Part shown: piece after piece, positions 9,192 through 17,048 of the stretch | Layout: each line of letters starts with the position of its first letter | Numbering within the stretch: the first letter of the stretch is position 1 | DNA from: Pyrinomonadaceae bacterium | GTDB taxonomy: Bacteria; Acidobacteriota; Blastocatellia; Pyrinomonadales; Pyrinomonadaceae | DNA length: 42,292 nucleotides | Direction: 5' to 3' | Assembly: GCA_036281015.1 (NCBI GenBank) | Contig: DASUPR010000210.1 | Span: 1 to 42,292, forward strand | Translations under genes and position numbers: made by a program | The notes under the pieces: model-generated | Told to the model about the DNA's origin: nothing | The model's input: the letters and a program-made list of their open reading frames with translations, nothing else | Database searches by the model: none

Positions 9192-9832
9192 ACAACGTAT
9201 CCCAATGCCCTTCACTGCTGCTCGGCACGCGCAACCCGGGAAAGGTGCGTGAGATTGCTGGTATTCTCGGCGACGTTCCGTGGGAGATTCGATCGTTGCA
9301 GGAGTTTGAAAGTATCGAAGTGCCGGCTGAGACCGGCGCGACGTACGCTAACAACGCAATCATCAAAGCGCAATTCTATGCACGCGCAACTGGTCTTTGC
9401 GCGCTTGCTGATGATTCGGGGTTGGAAGTTGAAGCACTCGGTGGCGCACCCGGAGTCCTTTCGGCGCGTTATGCCGGAGCGGGTGCTTCCGACGCGGATC
9501 GACGAGCCTTACTTCTCTCTGAACTTGCTAACGTACCCGCCGAGCAACGCCGCGCACGATTTGTTTGCGCGGTTGCAATCGCACTACCCAACGAAACCAT
9601 CCTTAATCTTTCAGAAGGCACCTGCACCGGAAACATCATCTTCGATCCACGCGGATCGGGCGGCTTCGGCTACGATCCCCTATTCATCCCCGACGGCTTC
9701 AATCAATCGTTCGCCGAACTCGCGGACACCATCAAAAACCAACTCAGCCACCGCGCCCGTGCGCTTCTCAAAACACGCGAGTTCCTCCTATCTCACCGCC
9801 GCCCACTTGCCCCATCAACCCGCCCTGCTTGA
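9188..9832 (+). CDS. rdgB: RdgB/HAM1-family non-canonical purine NTP pyrophosphatase
   Basis: Motifs LLLGTRNPGKVREI, ..ALADDSGLEVEALGGAPGV.SARY.., ..GGFGYDPLF.P...SFAEL....KN..SHR. The GTG start overlaps the upstream stop (GTGA). Confidence 0.88.
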   Translation: MNNVSQCPSLLLGTRNPGKVREIAGILGDVPWEIRSLQEFESIEVPAETGATYANNAIIKAQFYARATGLCALADDSGLEVEALGGAPGVLSARYAGAGASDADRRALLLSELANVPAEQRRARFVCAVAIALPNETILNLSEGTCTGNIIFDPRGSGGFGYDPLFIPDGFNQSFAELADTIKNQLSHRARALLKTREFLLSHRRPLAPSTRPA

Positions 9833-9888
9833 CCATCCACAACGCGGCTCTTAGAATGCCTCAGCTTTTCACTCTATTGAAAACTCAA

Positions 9889-9968
<80 letters not shown>

Positions 9969-10058
9969 ATAAAGTCAATAGTTTACGGCTGTCGTCATTG
10001 GCGGCCGTATTTCATTTGTGGGCCAAATTTGGCGCATGGTTGTCTCCTCACATAACTG

Positions 10059-10964
10059 TCAGTAGGTGAAGACTGGTGTTAACCACCATTTTTGACTCCG
10101 ACTATCAGCCTCAGACATCTGTCTAATGCCTCGTTCGGTTTCTGCCATGTATCGTCCGCTATGTTTGGCGCGCAGTTTGTAAGAGCAGTCTTTTTGGAGC
10201 GCCAAGGCCCATTTCTGATTTTCTCCGTTTTGAAACTCCCACTGATGGATCTTCGCCTGTTCCGCGGTTGAGTTGCCTTCCACGTCTATGCACTGACCCG
10301 TATGCGAGGACACGATGGCGTAGTATCGTTTCTCGACTTGATGGCAGTACCAGATCTCCTGTTCCTCACCGGAATAATTACCCACCTCGAGTAGTTCGCC
10401 ATTCTTGTGTGGTACGCCCAATGCTCGAAGAACGGTAAGTGTTTTGACATTGATAAGATGGAATGCTTGAGCACTGGCTGGTGGGCCCACCGGCTTGGCC
10501 TTGCTCTTGAGTCTCGGCTCCAGGTCAGGCCACCACTTCTCGAAACTCCGACGAATCTGTTGGCCAGACAGGACGATTTCACTTGCGGCGTTCAATGACC
10601 TTATCAATTCCTGCGTCCCCTTTTCATCAGCCTTAGCAGCTTGGAAAAACCACAACGGTTGCGGCAGATCCTCGGGCTCCATGTCTATCAGGTAGGGACA
10701 AACGGCTGCGTTTTCTAGAACCTTGGAAAGAGCTCCTGCCTCGAACAATACCCACGGTTTGATACAGTTGTCTTTTGTTAAGCAAAGAATACCGAAGTTG
10801 CTCTTTTCAAGCTCCGAGCGAAGGACGTGGACCGACTCCTTTCCTTTCTCGATATCGCTTGAAATAAATGGGACCACCGAGTGAATCACGTCCGGAAGCC
10901 AATCTTTTAACGCTTCAGCAACTTCTTTGCTTCTCGGACCAGACCAGCCTATAAACACTTTCAT
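10059..10964 (-). CDS. TIR domain protein fused to a C-terminal ricin-B-type (beta-trefoil) lectin domain
   Basis: The N-terminus (MKVFIGWSGPRSKEVAEAL..DWLP..PFISSDIEKG...ILCLTKDNCIKPWVLFEAGAL) matches the bacterial TIR layout, including the W-x-x-E catalytic-Glu motif. The C-terminal ~130 aa has QxW-type repeats (IHQWEF, NQKWAL, SQKWWL). GAGGAGG lies 5 nt upstream of the ATG at 10964. Confidence 0.75.
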   Translation of the reverse strand: MKVFIGWSGPRSKEVAEALKDWLPDVIHSVVPFISSDIEKGKESVHVLRSELEKSNFGILCLTKDNCIKPWVLFEAGALSKVLENAAVCPYLIDMEPEDLPQPLWFFQAAKADEKGTQELIRSLNAASEIVLSGQQIRRSFEKWWPDLEPRLKSKAKPVGPPASAQAFHLINVKTLTVLRALGVPHKNGELLEVGNYSGEEQEIWYCHQVEKRYYAIVSSHTGQCIDVEGNSTAEQAKIHQWEFQNGENQKWALALQKDCSYKLRAKHSGRYMAETERGIRQMSEADSRSQKWWLTPVFTY

Positions 10965-11018
10965 CACAACCTCCTCATCATTTGTTGGGCCTCCGAACTA
11001 AGAAATCTCGCCGCAGGT

Positions 11019-13964
11019 TCATCGTCTCCTAGCCACCCTCCGGAACTTGGCTATTCGGCCCTCCTTTTTCAAAATGGCACCCAACGTTTCATTTATTTCC
11101 TTTGCTGTTTCCTCTTCTGTTTTTTTTATATTGTCAGAATTAAGCTCAGCAATACGTCGCCGAACTTCTGCATCAATATTGGTTGCACGGCAGCTTCTGG
11201 CATCCTCAGGTTCAGAAATAAGGTGATATAGGTATTCGTTTAGCAACTCCTGACTGTACCGCTTCACGGTGGTCCAGCGTTGGTGATAAGCCGCTTTTGA
11301 AAAACTAGAACCGTACACACCAATACCTGTCTTCAGAAACTTCTCAAACGAGGATTTGGAGGTGCGGGCTTTGAGCTGAGGCGACAACCAACGGCATAAC
11401 GATAAGATTGCCAGGTACGGCCACTTCGCAGTTTGTTGGGCAATCATCCGATGGCATTCCTGCGCTTCCTTGTTACTGAGACGCGCCTTTTTTAATTTTT
11501 CATCCAACTCGCCAATCGCAATTGCCATACGACTCATGAAGTCCGGATAGACCACTGGTATCGACGCATCAATTCTGCCCTTTCTAATCAATGCAGAATC
11601 GATGTTCTCCACATAGTTTGTTGCCAGGACAAAGCAGAGTTCCTGCCGCGGGCAAGCGCCGCGCAGATCAGCTAATCGATTCAACATTGCAGGGACCACC
11701 AAATCCATGAATCGGGGACGCTCGCCGTCGAGATTTCGTTGACGTAAGAGGTCATCGATCTCATCAAAGAAAATGGTGACTGCTCGAACACCGGTTATAA
11801 GATCGAAGATTGCGCGGGCCTCTGAGTCAAGACGATCTTCGCCCATACGAGTAAAATCAGCCGGAGTAATTCGTATGAGCCGGTTTTCTCGTGGTCCCCA
11901 CCGACTACCGAACTTCCACATTTCAGCAGACAGCGCTTCGGCTAACTTGGTCTTGGACGAGCCGGGTGGTCCATGCAGCACGAGAGAATACTCCGCAGCT
12001 GAATGCGCGTTCTTTGCTCGATAAGTCATCTGCTCCAGCCGGCGATGGAGACGCCTGCTGTGCTCGGCTCCCAGATCAACCGGATCTATTTCTCGTAGTG
12101 GTTTATCTATAGAGGCAACAGAAAAGCGCTTCTTACAGAGTTCCCAGAGCCGATACTCGACCAGATCACGGATTTGTAGTAATGCGTTGATCGAATAAGC
12201 AGTGGTGCCGAAGTGAATTGTGCGGCGATCTCTCAGCCGCTCCGAGGCCCAACCGACATACTCACGCGACAGAGCTTTACTTGCATCAGACTCAGGGGCA
12301 TTAGTAGCTTGTAATTTTATTTGGGTGCGCTCTAACCAATCGACGAAATTGAAGAACTCTTTATCTGCGTCCTTAACTCCAGGAAACTGTTCTATCGCGC
12401 TAGTTAGAGTGCCGACTATGTCGGAGGTAGCGGCCCAAATGCCAAATGCATGATCGGGAGAATAAAAAGGCTTGCCTGACCGCCAGCTTCCATCCTTACG
12501 CGCTCCGGCAATCGCTTTGGTTACCGCGTCAGAAACCTGAAGCGACGTGGACATCAGGTTCCAACCGACCGCGACTGCAATGGCGCTAACCAACTCACTC
12601 GGATCGAATTCAGTAAAGTTTTGCGCGCTAGCATGAGCAATCTCGCGATCTACGACGTTTCGACACCAGAGTGCAGCGGGTAGAACCGGCTTGTTCAAGA
12701 CATCTTTAACTTTTCTGTTTGCGGAAGCGAGTTCTCTCAGCGCTTTGTTAATACGCCGCTGAAGTCTTGCGGGACCAGCTAATCCCTTGACAGGGAGATC
12801 CGGGCAAATTTTGCAGGCGGCCTTAAGCTCCCCTAGAGCATTCTCGCAATATCCAATACTTTCGTGCGCCGCGTCGGCCAGGTATTTCCAGTAATCGCTG
12901 TCGCCAGTGTGTTCCTTCGCGAACCGTAACATCAGTGGCCTTTTGTTGAGCGAATCGTCCAGCTTGGCCCTGTCTCCGGAGCGAAATGTGTTTCTTTCGT
13001 TGGTCCTGAGTGGTTCGAGTATGTTGGTCTTAATGCGCTCTACAACGGCACTTGCATCTTCGAGAACTTGCTTGGAAGTATCTCTAATTCGTTTGAGCGC
13101 AACCTCAAGAGATCCAAGGATCTTGTCGTAAGTGGCCCTAGGATCGTCAGTTGTTGGTAACTTTTGAATCGCTCTGGCACAGTTCTGAAAAGCCTTTTGA
13201 TCGATGGATAGCTGAGATAGATGTGAGAGATTCGCGCATAGATCGTCAACTTCAATATTGAATAACCAACGGTGCTTTGGATTGTTTCGATCGCGATTTG
13301 CTTGAAGTTCGGCTAGCTTGGCGAGATTGCGTGCGACGTCATCGTAAAGCCGGGTGCGCTCCTCGATAATTCTTTGCAAATCTCTAATAGGCAGCAGGCA
13401 TTTCGCTGTCACATAAGCAGTAACCTCCCAGGGTTCTATGCGGGCACCAACCGTTAATTGACTGGGGAAGCGGCGGCATAACGGCCAGATGATGGAGAAG
13501 AAGGCCAGAAAACCTATTCCGCTGTGGGCGTTCCTTTCACCAGCGTTCAGCAGAATGCGAAAAACTTGTGAGGCCGTCAAAGGATTTAGACCACCAAAGG
13601 TCTTACTATCAAGGAGTCGAGCGCATTGGTCGAACCCAAGACGCTTTGGCACATACCTTCCCGCGAGCTCTCTACGGACCTCTTTGAGTTGCCCGATCGA
13701 TGCGTTATTAAGCCACGAAAAGCGGCGTCGGAAACGCCACACCTTTTGTAAGGTGGCGCAGCAGACTGCCTGCGTCAGACGGCTGTCTTCCTCTATTGTT
13801 TCGAGTTCCGGCGAGAACCAGGTCGGAATACTTCCATGCTCCGCGATCGAGATCAAACTCTTGACAGGTCCTTCAACGATCTTGTCGATCTGTCTTATGC
13901 GGGCCAGGTAGAGCGATGTCTCTTCGTCGAGATTCGTTGTGGGAGTCGGTATATTCTGTGACAT
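11019..13964 (-). CDS. Large (981 aa) protein: ~650-aa uncharacterised N-terminal region plus one classical-clade AAA+ ATPase module and a helical tail
   Basis: Walker A GPPGSSKT (11949..11972), Walker B IFFDEIDD (11751..11774), and second region of homology VLATNYVENIDSALIRKGRID. I moved the start to the ATG at 13964 (MSQNIPT..) because AAGGAGG sits 7 nt upstream; the track's 14081 start has no such site. Confidence 0.8.
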   Translation of the reverse strand: MSQNIPTPTTNLDEETSLYLARIRQIDKIVEGPVKSLISIAEHGSIPTWFSPELETIEEDSRLTQAVCCATLQKVWRFRRRFSWLNNASIGQLKEVRRELAGRYVPKRLGFDQCARLLDSKTFGGLNPLTASQVFRILLNAGERNAHSGIGFLAFFSIIWPLCRRFPSQLTVGARIEPWEVTAYVTAKCLLPIRDLQRIIEERTRLYDDVARNLAKLAELQANRDRNNPKHRWLFNIEVDDLCANLSHLSQLSIDQKAFQNCARAIQKLPTTDDPRATYDKILGSLEVALKRIRDTSKQVLEDASAVVERIKTNILEPLRTNERNTFRSGDRAKLDDSLNKRPLMLRFAKEHTGDSDYWKYLADAAHESIGYCENALGELKAACKICPDLPVKGLAGPARLQRRINKALRELASANRKVKDVLNKPVLPAALWCRNVVDREIAHASAQNFTEFDPSELVSAIAVAVGWNLMSTSLQVSDAVTKAIAGARKDGSWRSGKPFYSPDHAFGIWAATSDIVGTLTSAIEQFPGVKDADKEFFNFVDWLERTQIKLQATNAPESDASKALSREYVGWASERLRDRRTIHFGTTAYSINALLQIRDLVEYRLWELCKKRFSVASIDKPLREIDPVDLGAEHSRRLHRRLEQMTYRAKNAHSAAEYSLVLHGPPGSSKTKLAEALSAEMWKFGSRWGPRENRLIRITPADFTRMGEDRLDSEARAIFDLITGVRAVTIFFDEIDDLLRQRNLDGERPRFMDLVVPAMLNRLADLRGACPRQELCFVLATNYVENIDSALIRKGRIDASIPVVYPDFMSRMAIAIGELDEKLKKARLSNKEAQECHRMIAQQTAKWPYLAILSLCRWLSPQLKARTSKSSFEKFLKTGIGVYGSSFSKAAYHQRWTTVKRYSQELLNEYLYHLISEPEDARSCRATNIDAEVRRRIAELNSDNIKKTEEETAKEINETLGAILKKEGRIAKFRRVARRR

Positions 13965-14363
13965 TCTTGCTCCTCCTTGAGTGGGAGAATTCAAGCGAGT
14001 GTGCAGGTAAGCAGAGGCTCGTGAGAGTACAGACTGTCGTCTGAACGCGGGGACAATATTCTTGTCTTTAAGAAAAGTCAACGCCGAATTGACTTGTGTA
14101 AAACCCCAAGTTGAAATGTCACCCGATTGCGCAAAGTAAAAATCTCACCTACTTGCAGGATACAAAGCTCACCGCGGCGTTCGTTGGCCATGTGCGTCTG
14201 CAACAATCTGTTATTATTTCTTCCATTGAGCGTGTCCCAGGGAAGCATTGCGACTAGATGTGCTGAGGAGAATGTAAATTGAAACCTAACAGCAGGGTTC
14301 ACCCCATCGTCGTGTGACCAATTTGTGGACACAATTTTTTCGACTCGCAAAGCGCGATGCTTA

Positions 14364-14396
14364 TTGACCTGACCCGGGTAAGACGTTATCTTACCC
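14364..14396 (+). promoter_or_regulatory. Putative vapBC promoter with an overlapping palindromic operator; the transcript may be leaderless
   Basis: TTGACC (14364..14369), a 17-nt spacer, then TATCTT (14387..14392), with the vapB ATG 7 nt further on and no SD. A perfect inverted repeat (GGGTAAGA at 14376..14383, TCTTACCC at 14389..14396) spans the spacer and -10. Confidence 0.45.
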
Positions 14397-14399
14397 GTC

Positions 14400-14651
14400 A
14401 TGAGAACTACCGTTTCAACAAAGGGTCAGATCATCCTTCCGGCTGAGATTCGGCGTGAGGATGACATCAAATCCGGACAGGAGTTTGAGATCGAACGGAT
14501 CGATCGCGGTGAATACCTCCTCAAGCGAACGACAAAACCGCGAAATAAAGGGCTTGTAAAACTCTTACTTTCATGCCCCGTGAAGGATTGGTTCCAACCA
14601 CTAGAGCGCACCGAAACCACTGATGACATTAAGCTGCCTAAGCTCGGATGA
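14400..14651 (+). CDS. vapB: AbrB/MazE/SpoVT-family antitoxin (VapB-like)
   Basis: 83 aa. MRTTVSTKGQIILPAEIRRE is the swapped-hairpin AbrB-type motif. Overlaps the PIN gene by 4 nt. Confidence 0.85.
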   Translation: MRTTVSTKGQIILPAEIRREDDIKSGQEFEIERIDRGEYLLKRTTKPRNKGLVKLLLSCPVKDWFQPLERTETTDDIKLPKLG

Positions 14652-15055
14652 TCTACCTTGTTGATGCAAACGTGCTTAGTGAGCCGACGAAACAGGCGGC
14701 CGACAGCAGGGTTGTCATGTGGCTCAATGCAAACGAATCCAATCTGATCGTTGACTCGATAATAATTGGCGAACTGCGAATCGGCATTCTTGCGCTACCG
14801 CGCGGACGCAAGCGTGATCGGCTCGAACAATGGTACGCAACGGTGGTTGAAACGATAGATTGCATTCCATGGGATGCAATGATAAGCCAACGATGGGCAG
14901 CTCTGGTTGTGGAGTTGAAACGAAAGGGAGAGACCGTACCACTGCTTGATGGAATGATTGCCGCAACCGCTCTTCAACATGACCTGATCGTTGCCACACG
15001 TAACACTCGCGACTTTCAAAAAACAGGCGTGAAAACGTTGAATCCTTTTGAGTGA
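14648..15055 (+). CDS. vapC: PIN-domain ribonuclease toxin VapC
   Basis: 135 aa. MIYLVDANVL (first acidic residue), ..SIIIGELRIG.., ..DGMIAATAL.., ..LIVATRNTRDF.. give the typical VapC layout. Confidence 0.88.
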   Translation: MIYLVDANVLSEPTKQAADSRVVMWLNANESNLIVDSIIIGELRIGILALPRGRKRDRLEQWYATVVETIDCIPWDAMISQRWAALVVELKRKGETVPLLDGMIAATALQHDLIVATRNTRDFQKTGVKTLNPFE

Positions 15056-15096
15056 TGAAATAGCCTGGTCTTAAAACTCGTCCGTGTTGTGTTGCG

Positions 15097-15117
15097 TCGA
15101 ACCCTCTCGCCCCGACC
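15097..15117 (+). repeat. Direct repeat copy 2 (attR-like): displaced 3' fragment of tRNA-Pro
   Basis: TCGAACCCTCTCGCCCCGACC matches 20 of 21 positions of tRNA-Pro 9947..9967. Weaker resemblance extends upstream (AGCCTGGT at about 15063 versus the D-loop AGCCTGGT). No foldable tRNA remains. Confidence 0.75.
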
Positions 15118-15339
15118 GATTAGAGTCTCCTGCGACACCAATCTCCACTAGCCTCCTCCACGAAACAACGCCGCCTTATTGACTCCGCGCTTCGTTTTGT
15201 AATAAGTATACGCACCTCGCTTTCCATCAAGCCGGCCGCATAGACGGTGATCTCGTGATCCGATGTTCAATAAGCCGTCTTTTGACTCACGGGGTCTCAT
15301 ACGAATTCAAATCGCGCGACTCACTAAGGAGAGAAATAA

Positions 15340-15642
15340 ATGGACTCTACCCACCGTGAAAAAGAGACCTTTCAGTACGAGGACTTGCTGATTTGTTATG
15401 AGCGAGTGGAGCCATTATCCATGGGAGGGGGCGGCGGCGGTGGTGGTGGCGGCCCAATTTCCCCGAAAGGCGGCGGCAAGGGCGGTGGCAAAGGCGGAGG
15501 CGGCGGCAAGGGCGGAGGTGGTGGCAAGGGCGGAGGTGGTGGCAAGGGCGGAGGTGGTGGCAAAGGCGGAGGTGGTGGCAAGGGAGGCGGTGGTGGCAAG
15601 GGAGGCGACGGCCCAATCAGTACTATCTCCATCAGATCGTAA
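15340..15642 (+). CDS. Gly/Lys-repeat peptide; candidate RiPP precursor (leader-like N-terminus plus a G10..(G3K)2(G5K)6 core)
   Basis: AAGGAG lies 8 nt upstream of the ATG. Sequence: MDSTHREKETFQYEDLLICYERVEPLSM-G10-PISPK-GGGK-GGGK-(GGGGGK)x6-GGDGPISTISIRS. Co-directional with the YcaO gene and 36 nt upstream of it. Confidence 0.6.
   Translation: MDSTHREKETFQYEDLLICYERVEPLSMGGGGGGGGGGPISPKGGGKGGGKGGGGGKGGGGGKGGGGGKGGGGGKGGGGGKGGGGGKGGDGPISTISIRS
15487..15606 (+). repeat. 18-bp tandem repeat (about 6.7 copies), in frame, encoding GKGGGG units
   Basis: The units at 15505..15522, 15523..15540 and 15541..15558 are identical (GGCAAGGGCGGAGGTGGT). Flanking units differ by 1-4 nt. Confidence 0.95.
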
Positions 15643-15678
15643 CCGCGACGATTAGCCCGTGGCCCCCGAGAACAGCGC

Positions 15679-17040
15679 ATGCCAGATCATCAGGTAAGGT
15701 CTTTATCGGACCTCTTCAATCGACCTCCTTTTTACTTAGCAGGCGCTTTTCATATTCATCCGAAGATTTCTTCTGTCTTACGACGAATTATTCGGGTTCC
15801 TCACCGCTATGCGTACGTTTATTCGTGCTCGGTTACGGATGAACAGTTGTCGGCGCTGCAACCGAAAGCGGGATTTGAGAGCGTCCTCGAGGGACAAGGC
15901 TGTTCGATAGAAGGTCCTTTGGAAGCGACTTTGATCAGCGTCTACGAAGCGACCGAGCGTCTCTTCAGCCTCCATGTCGACACCGCTGCACTTGTCAGCG
16001 GTTCATTCGTCGATCTCCAACCTTCTGCCGTTCATCCGGGAGAGTTCATATTGCCGCGCACATGGGAGTACGAACAGTGTTCCTACCCTTATGTTCGTTA
16101 CCGCGATACGTTGAAACTGCACTGGCTTCCCTGCTACCAAATTACAAAAGACGAGTTGATTCCGCGCTTAATCCCTGCCAGCCTGGCAGTGACGGGATAT
16201 TCGTTGCAACATGCGGCTGAACGATTTGTTCCGATCTTATCCACAGGTTTAGCTGCAGGCACTCGACTGGCCCAAACGATCTTGAGAGGCATTTATGAAG
16301 TTGTAGAACGTGATGCGTTCATGATTACCTGGCTCAACAGACTTTCATGTCGACGCTTGCAAGCTCAGTCAACCTCTCTGCCCGTTGGAGATTCATTGAG
16401 CCAGCTCTTCGAAGACGGGTTCTCAGTTGATTTTGTTGACCTTACAACCGATCTGGGAATTCCCGTTATCCTGACCGTTATTGAGCATCGTGTTCCGGAG
16501 CTTAAACCTAACGGCTCTAAGATCTTCGGACTGGGTTGCCACCTCAATCCGGAACGAGCACTAGTGAAGTCTTACATTGAAGCCCTACGCTTATTGCTCA
16601 ACTACTACGAGTTTGACGAAGACGATGAATTGAATGTGCGGAGAGTTGATCTTTACTCCGAGAATCGGTTTTTTGACGAGAGTTATTTTCAAAAGACCGA
16701 CTTCCTGAACGAATCGGAAGAGTTTGTGGAGCTCGAGCAAATGTCTGCAGATCGCGCTGCCGACGATTATGAGAGTGAGTTGCGCGCTTGCCTTACTGCT
16801 TTGAATGGTAAAGGAGCAGATCTCTTTTTCGCCGACTTCACTCCAGAGGAACTGCGTGATGCGTCTTATTCCTTAACGCGGGTGTTCATCTCAAAAATGC
16901 AACCACATCTTTATGAGCACGATTTTTGGAGGCTGGACAATCCGCGCATTACGGCTGCGCCAGTGGCAATGGGATACCGTCAGGTTCCTCTTAATGAGAA
17001 GGATCTCAATCTCTTGCCGAACCCTTTTGCACTCCGTTGA
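15679..17040 (+). CDS. YcaO-domain protein (ATP-dependent backbone amide-activating enzyme)
   Basis: 453 aa. Motifs ..GQGCSIEGPLEATLISVYEATERL.. and ..LSTGLAAGTRLAQTILRGIYEVVERDAFMITW.. match the YcaO core pattern. The Pro-containing C-terminus (..LLPNPFALR) resembles the PxPxP tail of active YcaOs. No obvious SD. Confidence 0.8.
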   Translation: MPDHQVRSLSDLFNRPPFYLAGAFHIHPKISSVLRRIIRVPHRYAYVYSCSVTDEQLSALQPKAGFESVLEGQGCSIEGPLEATLISVYEATERLFSLHVDTAALVSGSFVDLQPSAVHPGEFILPRTWEYEQCSYPYVRYRDTLKLHWLPCYQITKDELIPRLIPASLAVTGYSLQHAAERFVPILSTGLAAGTRLAQTILRGIYEVVERDAFMITWLNRLSCRRLQAQSTSLPVGDSLSQLFEDGFSVDFVDLTTDLGIPVILTVIEHRVPELKPNGSKIFGLGCHLNPERALVKSYIEALRLLLNYYEFDEDDELNVRRVDLYSENRFFDESYFQKTDFLNESEEFVELEQMSADRAADDYESELRACLTALNGKGADLFFADFTPEELRDASYSLTRVFISKMQPHLYEHDFWRLDNPRITAAPVAMGYRQVPLNEKDLNLLPNPFALR

Positions 17041-17048
17041 GAATTCAA

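Noticed and set aside
13965-14081. 39-codon N-terminal extension of the AAA+ ORF
   Set aside because: The internal ATG at 13964 has an AAGGAGG SD at ideal spacing. The upstream start has none.
14078-14401. 107-aa minus-strand ORF between the AAA+ gene and vapB
   Set aside because: It fills the divergent promoter region. Its ATG is just the reverse reading of the CATG at the vapB start. It has no SD, and it depends on the unlikely 14081 start of the AAA+ ORF for apparent coupling. It could still be a real third gene of the system; low confidence either way.
15487-15606. Tandem repeats considered as a CRISPR array (likewise 25762..26097)
   Set aside because: The units are contiguous 18-mers with no unique spacers, are in frame within ORFs, and have no cas genes nearby.
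15396-15680. Minus-strand poly-Pro/Leu ORF (PPPPPL repeats), plus the 15347..15616 and 15398..15655 ORFs over the repeat
   Set aside because: These are mirror or alternate-frame artefacts of the G/C-rich 18-bp repeat. Only the plus-strand 15340 frame has a strong SD and is co-oriented with the YcaO operon. Not formally excluded without expression data.
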